Source: Candidatus Rokuibacteriota bacterium
Lineage (GTDB): Bacteria > Methylomirabilota > Methylomirabilia > Rokubacteriales > DASRDR01
DNA length: 18,202 nucleotides
Direction: 5' to 3'
Assembly (NCBI GenBank): GCA_044866005.1
Contig: JBIOTN010000112.1
Coordinates: 1 to 18,202 of the forward strand
Shown here: in pieces, positions 1 to 6,828 of the stretch
How the letters are laid out: every line of letters starts with the position of its first letter
Position numbering within the stretch: the first letter of the stretch is position 1
Notes under the pieces: generated by a model
What the model saw: only the letters and a program-made list of their open reading frames with translations
Databases searched by the model: none
Told to the model about the DNA's origin: nothing
Position numbers and translations under genes: made by a program

Positions 1-106
1 CGAGCTGGTCATCGTAGCCCTCGACGCCGAGCTGGCTCGCCATGACCGGCGCGTCGGCGAACTCCTCGCGGAGGAAGGCCGCGGCGACATCCGCAAACGC
101 GCTCAC
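1..106 (-). CDS. DUF885-family protein, N-terminal fragment (runs off the left edge)
   Basis: Not in the ORF track. Manual translation from GTG at 106 gives MSAFADVAAAFLREEFADAPVMASQLGVEGYDDQL..., which resembles the DUF885 N-terminus (F...P..AS.LG...YD..L). A TAGAAT -10 box lies at 120-115 just upstream. Confidence 0.6.
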   Translation of the reverse strand, partial: MSAFADVAAAFLREEFADAPVMASQLGVEGYDDQL

Positions 107-114
107 GCCCGGCG

Positions 115-143
115 ATTCTACTCGAAACGGCGAGTCTCGGGAA
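115..143 (-). promoter_or_regulatory. Putative sigma70 promoter for the DUF885-like gene (possibly leaderless)
   Basis: TTCCCG (143-138), 17 nt spacer, TAGAAT (120-115). The GTG start lies only 8 nt downstream and there is no Shine-Dalgarno. Confidence 0.4.
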
Positions 144-210
144 TTCGCATGCCCGGGCCGGACGAGGAGGGGCACTTCCGGGGGCCGGTCCGCGCCCCCC
201 CGGAACCTGA

Positions 211-711
211 CTAGCTCGAGGCGTAGCGGATCGCCTGGACGCGCTGGACCACGAGCGGGCGGCCGGAGATCGTGAAGGCCTGGATCTCCGCGTAGTGCTG
301 GATCTGGGCGCCGACGCCGACATGGACGACGTCGGCGTCGAGGCGCGCCGGCGGCTTCGGGAAGCGCGGCATCTCGAACTTCAAGACCGCGTAGCAGGTC
401 GGGCAGGCCGCCGTGACGATCTCGGGCGCGTTCGGGACGAGCGCCGTCCCCCGCGGCGTGGCGCCTGCCACCGCCGGTGGACCGAGGGGGGCGATCGGCT
501 CGACGTAGACCCAGCCGATCGGCTGCCGGCGCCGGCGTTCGCTGCGACGGCGCTCGATGACCGGCGGCCCGCCGTTGCCGCGGCGCCGATCGCCCTTGCG
601 GCGATCGAGCAGGAGCCGGACCGGGCTGTCCGCGGTCAGGCTCTGCCGCAAGAGCTCGTAGAGCTCGAGCTGGCCCTCGTTGACGACCAGGATCCAGCGA
701 GGTGTGGCGAT
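211..711 (-). CDS. Hypothetical protein with Arg-rich DRR/ERR segment and C-terminal CxxC domain; start uncertain
   Basis: Protein-like part of ORF 211..909: ATPRWILVVNEGQLELYELLRQSL...LLLDRRKGDRRR...ERRRSERRRRQ...TAACPTCYAVLKFEMP...IQHYAEIQAF. An SD-like GAAGGGGG precedes ATC at 711-709; upstream ATGs give low-complexity sequence. Confidence 0.65.
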   Translation of the reverse strand: MATPRWILVVNEGQLELYELLRQSLTADSPVRLLLDRRKGDRRRGNGGPPVIERRRSERRRRQPIGWVYVEPIAPLGPPAVAGATPRGTALVPNAPEIVTAACPTCYAVLKFEMPRFPKPPARLDADVVHVGVGAQIQHYAEIQAFTISGRPLVVQRVQAIRYASS

Positions 712-972
712 GTCCCGACCCCCTTCGGGCGGCAGTCTCCGGCCTCGGCCAACGATCGCAAGCCCGGCCCGGCGCGGGCCAGGGCCCTGACGCGCGGCGT
801 CCTGTCCGTCAAGCATCGGGCATGCCATCGGGCGGCGCGCGGCGCGGCGCGGACTTGGCGGGGGGCGCGGCTCGAGGCCCCGCCGGCCTCGGCCAAATCC
901 TGGTCGCACTGGTCAAATCCCGACCGCGAGCGCTCTCGCCACGGGACGGGGGGCGCCACCGCCCGAGCCGGC

Positions 973-1001
973 TTGACGCCGTCCGGTCCGGCGCTTAGAG
1001 T
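973..1001 (+). promoter_or_regulatory. Putative sigma70 promoter upstream of the DUF1326 gene
   Basis: TTGACG (973-978), 17 nt spacer, TAGAGT (996-1001), 46 nt before the ATG. Confidence 0.55.
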
Positions 1002-1047
1002 CGGGCCGACGGGGCGCGCCCAACACCCTTCACGTGCGGGAGGCATC

Positions 1048-1686
1048 ATGCCGGCGGCTCAGAAGGCGGCTCAGAAGAAGACGCGATGGCAGCTGAAGGG
1101 CCAGGGGTACGAGTTCTGTAACTGCGATTTCGGGTGCGGCTGCAACTTCGGCGGCTTCCCCAACTCGGAGGACGGGAGCTGCCGGGCCTTCGTCGGCCTC
1201 CACATCAGCAAGGGCACGTGCGGGACCGTGAACCTCTCGGGGATCAAGTGCGCGAGCATCTTCGCGTGGCCCAAGGCGATCCACGAGGGGAACGGCAAGG
1301 CGGTGTTCGTGGTCGAGCCGTCCACGTCGGACAAGCAGATCGAGGCGCTCGCCAACATCTTCACGGGCAAGCTGGGCGGCAGTCCGTGGGAGATCCTCGC
1401 GCCGAGCTACCAGGTGGCGGGGCTCGTCAAGGCGAAGATCACCATCGAGGGCAAGGGTCGGAAGAGCGTCTTCCGGGCCGAGGGCGTGGGCGAGGGGCGG
1501 GGCGACAGCTTCAAGAACCCCGTGACGGGCGACGAGCACTTGGCCGACGTGCTCCTGCCGAAGGGCTTCATCTGGAAGAAGGGCCAGTGCGGCCAGGGCT
1601 CGTTCCACGCGGCGGCTCAGGGGCTGTCGGTGTCGGCGACCAAGACCAACTGGATCTTCTACGAGTTCGACTGGTCGAACGCCTAG
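1048..1686 (+). CDS. DUF1326 domain-containing protein (Cys-rich, putative metal-binding)
   Basis: SD GGGAGG then ATG at 1048. Signature W.L.G..YEFCNCDFGCGC...G.C......I..G.....L.G......WP..IHEGNG......Q.EAL..IFTG..GG. Confidence 0.85.
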   Translation: MPAAQKAAQKKTRWQLKGQGYEFCNCDFGCGCNFGGFPNSEDGSCRAFVGLHISKGTCGTVNLSGIKCASIFAWPKAIHEGNGKAVFVVEPSTSDKQIEALANIFTGKLGGSPWEILAPSYQVAGLVKAKITIEGKGRKSVFRAEGVGEGRGDSFKNPVTGDEHLADVLLPKGFIWKKGQCGQGSFHAAAQGLSVSATKTNWIFYEFDWSNA

Positions 1687-1715
1687 GCCCGCGCCCGCCA
1701 CGCGGGAGGACGCAC

Positions 1716-1740
1716 CGGAGGGGGGCGGCGCCCCCCTCCG
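1716..1740. repeat. GC palindrome of the REP-like family
   Basis: CGGAGGGGGGC-GGC-GCCCCCCTCCG forms an 11-bp stem; the arms are nearly identical to the hairpin at 10684-10710. Confidence 0.55.
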
Positions 1741-1744
1741 TGTC

Positions 1745-2920
1745 GTGTGGGCGCTCGACCCGGCCGTCACCTTCCTCAACCACGGCTCGTATGGCGCGTG
1801 CCCCCGCGCCGTGCTCGACGCCCAGCAGGCGCTCCGCGACCGGATGGAGGCGGAGCCCGTGCGGTTCCTGGGGCGCGAGCTGGAGGCGCGGCTCGACGCG
1901 GCCCGCGCGGCGCTCGGCGCCTTCGTCGGCGCCGACCCCGACGACCTCGCCTTCGTCCCGAACGCCACGGGGGGCGTGAACACCGTCCTCCACGCCCTCC
2001 GGCTCGGCCCCGCCGACGAGCTGCTCGTCACCAACCACGCCTACAACGCGTGCCGGAACGCCGCCGAGACCGCCGCCCGCGCGGCCGGGGCGCGCGTGGT
2101 GGTCGCGCCGGTGCCCTTTCCGATCGGGTCGGCCGACGACGTGGTCGACGCGGTCCTGGCGCACGTCACGTCCCGCACCCGGCTCGCCCTCCTCGATCAC
2201 GTCACGAGCCCCACCGCCCTGATCTTCCCCATCGCGCGGCTCGTCGGCGAATTGGCCGCGCGCGGTGTCGACACGCTCGTGGACGGCGCCCACGCGCCCG
2301 GCATGCTGCCGCTCGACGTCCGCGCCATCGGCGCGGCGTACTACGCGGGCAACTGCCACAAGTGGATGTGCGCGCCGAAGGGCGCGGCCTTCCTCCACGT
2401 CCGGCCGGACCGCCAGCAGGCGATCCGGCCGCTCGTCGTGAGCCACGGCGCCAATTCTCCCCGCACCGACCGGACGCGCTTCCGGCTCGAGTTCGACTGG
2501 ACGGGGACGCACGACCCGACCGCGTTCCTCTGCGTCCCCGACGCGATCCGCTGCGTGGGCGGGGCGCTGCCGGGCGGCTGGCCCGCCGTGATGGCGCGGA
2601 ACCACGCGCTGGCGGTGGCGGCGCAGGCGCGGCTGTCGAAGGCGCTCGGGCTCGTGCCGCCCTGTCCCGAGGAGCTCGTGGGCTCGCTCGCCGCCCTGCC
2701 GTTGCCCGACGGCCCGGGGCGCGTGGCGCGCGGCCTGACCTTCGACCCGCTCCAGGACGCCCTCCTCGAGCGCTTCGGCATCGAGGTGCCGGTTCTCAGC
2801 TGGCCCGCGCCCCCGAAGCGGCTCATCCGGATCTCGGCGCAGCTCTACAACGGCCCCGCGGACTACGACCGCCTGGCCGACGCCCTCGGCGCCCTCCTCG
2901 GCCAGGCCAGCATGCTATAG
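1745..2920 (+). CDS. Class V PLP-dependent enzyme, isopenicillin N epimerase (CefD) / L-cysteine desulfhydrase / Egt2-like C-S lyase family; true start may be slightly upstream
   Basis: Motifs FLNHGSYGACP, NATGGVN, DHVTSPTA, VDGAHAPG, GNCHKWMCAPKG (PLP lysine), WTGTHDP and RISAQLYN. It lacks the C-terminal persulfide-Cys motif of SufS/IscS. Confidence 0.88.
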   Translation: MWALDPAVTFLNHGSYGACPRAVLDAQQALRDRMEAEPVRFLGRELEARLDAARAALGAFVGADPDDLAFVPNATGGVNTVLHALRLGPADELLVTNHAYNACRNAAETAARAAGARVVVAPVPFPIGSADDVVDAVLAHVTSRTRLALLDHVTSPTALIFPIARLVGELAARGVDTLVDGAHAPGMLPLDVRAIGAAYYAGNCHKWMCAPKGAAFLHVRPDRQQAIRPLVVSHGANSPRTDRTRFRLEFDWTGTHDPTAFLCVPDAIRCVGGALPGGWPAVMARNHALAVAAQARLSKALGLVPPCPEELVGSLAALPLPDGPGRVARGLTFDPLQDALLERFGIEVPVLSWPAPPKRLIRISAQLYNGPADYDRLADALGALLGQASML

Positions 2921-2921
2921 T
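2913..2921 (+). promoter_or_regulatory. Putative extended -10 promoter for the selenoprotein-TlpA-SBP block
   Basis: TGcTATAGT overlaps the stop of the PLP enzyme, about 77 nt before ATG 2999. It is AT-rich in a very GC-rich context. Confidence 0.45.
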
Positions 2922-2998
2922 GCGTCATCCGTCGTCCGACGGTGGACGACAGGGTGCGCGCAGAACCTGCAACGCGTAGGGAACGAGAAGGGGCAGAC

Positions 2999-3562
2999 AT
3001 GATGATCCTCGGCAGGCCGATCGTCGGCGCGGTCCTGGTGGCAGCTCTGGTGGCAGCAGCGTTGCTGATAACCGGTCCGAGCCCGAGCGGGGCGGTGGAG
3101 GTGGGCCAGGAGGCCCCCGACTTCACCCTCCCGAGTACGACGGGCGTCGACATCTCGCTGCGCGATTTCCGCGGCAAGAAGTTCGTCCTCCTGGAGTTCT
3201 ACGGCGCGGATTTCGCGCCGACCTGAGCGGCGAACCTGTCGGCCAGGAAGGCCGACTTCAAGCGCTTCGAATCCCTGGGCGTCCAGCTCCTCGCCATCAG
3301 CGCGAACGTGACTTTCTCGCAGCAGACGTTCGCGGAGTCCCTGAAGCTGCCATACCCTCTGCTCAGCGACTTCCCCGACCGGAAGGTCATCCGGGCCTAC
3401 GGGATCCTCAACGAGAGAAGCATGACCGCGGCCCGGTCGTTCTTCCTCATCGACCCGCAGGGAGTGATCCGCAAGAGGTGGCTGATCGAGAACCCGGCGA
3501 CGACGGTGGTGTATAGCGACACCCTCCTGCGGGGGATCCAGGAAGCTCTCGCCAAGCCCTGA
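2999..3562 (+). CDS. Secreted peroxiredoxin-like (AhpC/TSA, redoxin) selenoprotein; Sec encoded by TGA at 3224-3226 (residue 76)
   Basis: ORFs 2942..3226 and 3308..3562 are in the same frame, separated by one TGA. Read-through gives signal peptide + VEVGQEAPDFTLPST.G..ISLRDFRGKKFVLLEFYGADFAPT-U-AANLSARKADFKRFESLGVQLLAISAN...YPLLSDF...YG......AARSFFLIDPQGVIR, a complete Prx fold with TGA at the peroxidatic Cys. A SECIS-like hairpin follows. SD-like GAAGGGG precedes ATG 2999. Confidence 0.9.
3225..3267 (+). promoter_or_regulatory. Bacterial SECIS element (selenocysteine insertion sequence)
   Basis: Upper stem GTCGGCC (3238-3244) / GGCCGAC (3250-3256) with loop AGGAA (G in position 2). The stem starts 11 nt and the loop 18 nt after the UGA. 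Lower pairings are GAA/TTC and GAGCG/CGCTT. Confidence 0.75.
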
Positions 3563-3585
3563 CGGGCGTTGAGTCATCCAGCGCC

Positions 3586-4161
3586 ATGGCACCCGTGGGG
3601 TGGTCCTGGCTCGCCGGCGGCCTGCTCGCGGTCGCCGTGTGGGGTTCGGCAGGAGCCGATCCGCCGGCGCTGACCGCCCTCCTCAAGCCCCTCGACCTGG
3701 TCGGCTATCGGCCTGGCACGGTGCCGCCCGCCTTCAGCGGTCGCACGCTCGACGCGCGACCCGTCTCGATCGCGGACCTCCGGGGGAAGGTGATCCTCGC
3801 GAACTTCTGGGCGAGCTGGTGTCTGGAGTGTCGTCCCGAGATGCCGATGCTGGAGCGACTCCACCGCGAGCTCGCGCCGCGCGGGCTCGCCGTCATCGGC
3901 ATCAACGCCCGCGAAGCCGGAGAAACCGTGCGGCGGTACGCCCACGAGCTGGACCTGACCTTCCCCCTCGTTCTCGATCCGCGCGGCGAGATCAGCGGGC
4001 TGTATGGCGTGGTTGGCTTACCCGCGACCTTCATCGTCGCTCGCGATGGCCGCGCCGTCGCGTTCGGTGTGGGGGCTCGCGACTGGGGGAGCGCGCCGGC
4101 CCGCGCGCTCGTCGAGGCCCTGCTGGCCGAGCCCGCTCCCCGCCCCGGGGAACGGCGGTGA
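3586..4161 (+). CDS. TlpA/ResA-family thiol:disulfide oxidoreductase, exported or membrane-anchored
   Basis: Hydrophobic N-terminus; LRGKVILANFWASWCLECRPEMP (CxxC); YGVVGLPATFIV cis-Pro loop. Confidence 0.9.
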   Translation: MAPVGWSWLAGGLLAVAVWGSAGADPPALTALLKPLDLVGYRPGTVPPAFSGRTLDARPVSIADLRGKVILANFWASWCLECRPEMPMLERLHRELAPRGLAVIGINAREAGETVRRYAHELDLTFPLVLDPRGEISGLYGVVGLPATFIVARDGRAVAFGVGARDWGSAPARALVEALLAEPAPRPGERR

Positions 4162-5144
4162 GCCGGGTGCCCGTCCGGCTCCTGGCGCTCGCGCTCCTCC
4201 TGAGCGTCGGGGGGCTCGCCGGGGACGCGATCGGCGCGCCGCGAGCCGGCCCGGTCCGGATCGGCGCGCTGACGGAATCGTGGGGGCCCACACCGGCCAT
4301 CATCGGCCTGCGTGACGGGCTCCAGGAGCTCGGCTACCGCGAGAACGAGGATTTCGTGATCGGGGTGCGCTTCACGCAGGGCAATCCCGCCGAGCTTGCC
4401 GCGGCGGCCCGCGACCTGGTCCGGCACGGCGTCGACCTCATCGTCACGGGCGAGGGCGGGAACACGGCCCGGGCCGCCCAGATGGCGACCGACCGCATCC
4501 CCATCGTCTTCATCGGAGGCAGCGATCCGGTGGGGCTCGGCCTGGTGCGGAGCCTGGCGCGCCCCGGCGGGAACATCACGGGCATCGCCGACCTGGACGT
4601 GGAGCTCTCCCCCAAGCGGATGGAGATCTTCCGCGAGCTCGTGCCGAGCCTCAAGCGCCTCCTGCTGGTCTACGACGCGACGAACGCGTACGCCGTCGCG
4701 CAGCTGATCGCGCTGCGCGAGGCCGCGGGGCGTCTCGGCCTCACGCTGGTGGAGCGGCCGGTGCGGACCGAAGACGAAGCGCGTGCGGCGATCACCGGGT
4801 TGCGCAAGGGCGAGGTGGACGGCATCCTGTCGCCCCGGTTCCTGTCCTTGAATATTCCCGGATTCATCCGCGAGACCGCGCTGGCGCGGGGCATCCCGGC
4901 GATGTTCCATGGTGTCTTCCACGTGGAGCGGGGCGGGCTGGCGAGCTACGCGGCGGCCGACGGCGACCTGGGACGGCAGGCGGCTCGCCTGGTGGACCGG
5001 ATCCTCAAGGGGATCAAGCCGGCGGACCTGCCCGTGGAACAGCCCACGAAGTTCGATCTGGTGATCAACCTGAAGACCGCCAGGGCGCTGGGGCTCACGA
5101 TCCCGCAGCCGCTGCTCATCCGGGCGGACCGACTGATCCAGTGA
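4158..5144 (+). CDS. ABC transporter substrate-binding protein (PF04392 / Trp-Tyr-binding-like family), orphan
   Basis: GTG at 4158 overlaps the TlpA stop (GTGA). Signal peptide, then IPIVFIGGSDPVGLGLVRSLARPGGNITG and KPADLPVEQPTKFDLVINLKTARALGLTIP...RADRLIQ. Confidence 0.9.
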   Translation: MSRVPVRLLALALLLSVGGLAGDAIGAPRAGPVRIGALTESWGPTPAIIGLRDGLQELGYRENEDFVIGVRFTQGNPAELAAAARDLVRHGVDLIVTGEGGNTARAAQMATDRIPIVFIGGSDPVGLGLVRSLARPGGNITGIADLDVELSPKRMEIFRELVPSLKRLLLVYDATNAYAVAQLIALREAAGRLGLTLVERPVRTEDEARAAITGLRKGEVDGILSPRFLSLNIPGFIRETALARGIPAMFHGVFHVERGGLASYAAADGDLGRQAARLVDRILKGIKPADLPVEQPTKFDLVINLKTARALGLTIPQPLLIRADRLIQ

Positions 5145-5166
5145 CGCGCGGTCGGACCACCGCGCG
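5145..5166 (+). terminator. Hairpin immediately after the SBP stop (possible terminator or pause)
   Basis: CGCGCGGT-cggacc-ACCGCGCG 8-bp stem; no U-tract. Confidence 0.35.
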
Positions 5167-5187
5167 ACGCGAAGCGGGGGCGCGTTA

Positions 5188-5216
5188 TTGACACCCTGCG
5201 ACCCCGGTGCTAATTT
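5188..5216 (+). promoter_or_regulatory. Sigma70 promoter for the PQQ dehydrogenase-cytochrome-eboDEC operon
   Basis: Perfect TTGACA (5188-5193), 17 nt spacer containing TG at the extended position, TAATTT (5211-5216). Confidence 0.7.
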
Positions 5217-5301
5217 CCACGTCCGCGGTGGTCCTCGCGGGCGGCCGATCCTGCCGGCGAGGCTGGCTGTCCTTCCTCTCAGCCTAGAAGGGGGTCACTC
5301 C

Positions 5302-6735
5302 ATGAGACCAGGGCGAACCGCATTGCTGGCCGGAGCGGTCGGAGCGGCGATGCTCGCCGTGTCGCTCGCCGCGTCGGCCCAGACGATCCCGAAGACTCCG
5401 GCCGAGGTGGCGCGGCCCGGCGGCAGGGTGCCCGGCGTCCCGCAGGTCGCTCTGGTGAAGGTCGCGGACGGGTTCAACGACCCGGTCGGTGTCGCCGCCG
5501 CCAACGACGGGACGGGGCGGCTGTTCGTGGTCGAGCGGGTCGGACGGATCAAGATCGTGACCAAGGAAGGCCGCGTCCTGCCCCAGCCGTTCCTCGACCT
5601 CACCAAGACCAACCCGCTCGGCAGCGAGGTCCAGACCGGGTTCGTCGAGCAGGGACTGTGGTCGGTGGCGTTCCACCCGAAGTTCAAGGACAACGGCCAC
5701 TTCTTCGTCCACTACTCCTCGCTCCCCTTCAACGGCGCCTCCATCGTCGCGCGCTACACGGTGGACAAGGCGAGCCCGGACCGCGTCACCACGGAGCAGG
5801 CCAACAAGAGCGTGAAGGTGATCATGAACATCCCGCAGCCGTGGTACAACCACTACGGCGGGACGATCGCCTTCGGCCCCGACGGCTTCCTCTACATCGG
5901 CAAGGGGGACGGCGGCTGGGAGGGCGATCCGCTGGACGCCGGGCAGCGGCTCGACACGCACCTGTCCAAGCTCCTGCGCCTCGACGTGGACGTGCCGGAC
6001 ACGGACCCCTACCGGGTGCCCCCCAGCAACCCGTTCGCGACGGCCGCCAAGGACCGGATGATGAGCCTCTTCGGCGTCACCGAGGAGGGCTTCTCCAAGA
6101 TCAAGATGGGCTCCAAGCCCGAGATCTGGGCCTACGGTCTGCGCAACCCCTACATGTTCCACTTCGACCGGAAGACCGGCAACCTCTTCATCGCCGACGT
6201 CGGCCAGAACCACTGGGAGGAGATCAACTTCCAGCCGGCGAGCAGCAAGGGGGGCGAGAACTACGGCTGGAAGCACAACCAGGCCTCCAAGTGCCACCCC
6301 CTGACCGGCCCCGACGACAAGTGTCCGGTCGTCGGCGTCCTGCCCGTGGCCGAGTATCCGCACCAGGAGCCGTACCCCGGCGCCGCGAAGCTGACCGACG
6401 GCTGGGGCTGCTCGGCCCAGGGGCTCGGCGTCGCCAACTATGGCGGGATGAACGGCGTCTACCTGGTCGGCGACTGGTGCTCGGGCCGCCTGTGGGCCGT
6501 CGGCTGGGACCAGGGGCAGGGGAAGTGGCAGCTCCAGGAGCTGCTCCAGACGACGCTCCAGTTCACGGCGGGCAACGTGGACGAGAACGGACAGGTGGTC
6601 GCCGTGAACTGTAACTGCTTCTACCTGGACGACAAGGGCCCGCTGGCGAATCCGCCGGGCGCGCTGTGGCGCGTCTTGCCGGACCGCGAGGTGCCGGCGG
6701 GCGCGGAGCGCGCGCGCACCCGGCCGAGGCCCTGA
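5302..6735 (+). CDS. PQQ-dependent sugar dehydrogenase (glucose/sorbosone dehydrogenase, GSDH/sGDH-type beta-propeller), secreted
   Basis: SD-like GAAGGGGG, ATG 5302 and signal peptide (..LAASA-QT). Motifs RLFVVERVGRI, EQGLWSVAFHP, NHYGGTIAFGPDGFLYIGKGDGG, KLLRLDVD, YRVPPSNPF, EIWAYGLRNP, IADVGQNHWEEIN, GGENYGW. Confidence 0.9.
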   Translation: MRPGRTALLAGAVGAAMLAVSLAASAQTIPKTPAEVARPGGRVPGVPQVALVKVADGFNDPVGVAAANDGTGRLFVVERVGRIKIVTKEGRVLPQPFLDLTKTNPLGSEVQTGFVEQGLWSVAFHPKFKDNGHFFVHYSSLPFNGASIVARYTVDKASPDRVTTEQANKSVKVIMNIPQPWYNHYGGTIAFGPDGFLYIGKGDGGWEGDPLDAGQRLDTHLSKLLRLDVDVPDTDPYRVPPSNPFATAAKDRMMSLFGVTEEGFSKIKMGSKPEIWAYGLRNPYMFHFDRKTGNLFIADVGQNHWEEINFQPASSKGGENYGWKHNQASKCHPLTGPDDKCPVVGVLPVAEYPHQEPYPGAAKLTDGWGCSAQGLGVANYGGMNGVYLVGDWCSGRLWAVGWDQGQGKWQLQELLQTTLQFTAGNVDENGQVVAVNCNCFYLDDKGPLANPPGALWRVLPDREVPAGAERARTRPRP

Positions 6736-6753
6736 CGCGGGGCGCGACGGGCG

Positions 6754-6787
6754 GCATCGGGGGGGTCCTCCGAGGCCCCCCCGATGC
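6754..6787. repeat. REP-like palindrome (copy 1)
   Basis: GCATCGGGGGGG-TCCTCCGAGG-CCCCCCCGATGC 12-bp stem; 29 of 31 nt identical to 14151-14181. Confidence 0.75.
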
Positions 6788-6828
6788 GAGGCGGCGGGCG
6801 GTACCGTGCTTGCTTGACGCCCCTCGGC

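Noticed and set aside
295..1047. N-terminal extensions given by the ORF track for DUF1326, and likewise for the SBP (3600), EboE (8125), EboC (9561), EboB (18185) and sugar SBP (15606)
   Set aside because: The extensions overlap other genes or promoters. Internal starts with SD sequences or stop/start overlaps match the family N-termini.
1055..1078. Short tandem duplication encoding AAQK-AAQK at the DUF1326 N-terminus
   Set aside because: It is a two-copy 12-nt in-frame repeat in a disordered tail with no sign of functional significance.
1745..2920. Evidence for a beta-lactam cluster (cefD) or a SufS/IscS cysteine desulfurase
   Set aside because: No pcbAB, pcbC or cefE genes are nearby and the family is widespread. 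The persulfide-forming Cys motif of SufS/IscS is absent.
2942..3562. Treating 2942..3226 and 3308..3562 as two genes or as a nonsense-disrupted pseudogene
   Set aside because: The single TGA sits exactly at the catalytic residue, both halves are intact and in frame, and a SECIS-like hairpin follows. Sec recoding is the more parsimonious reading.
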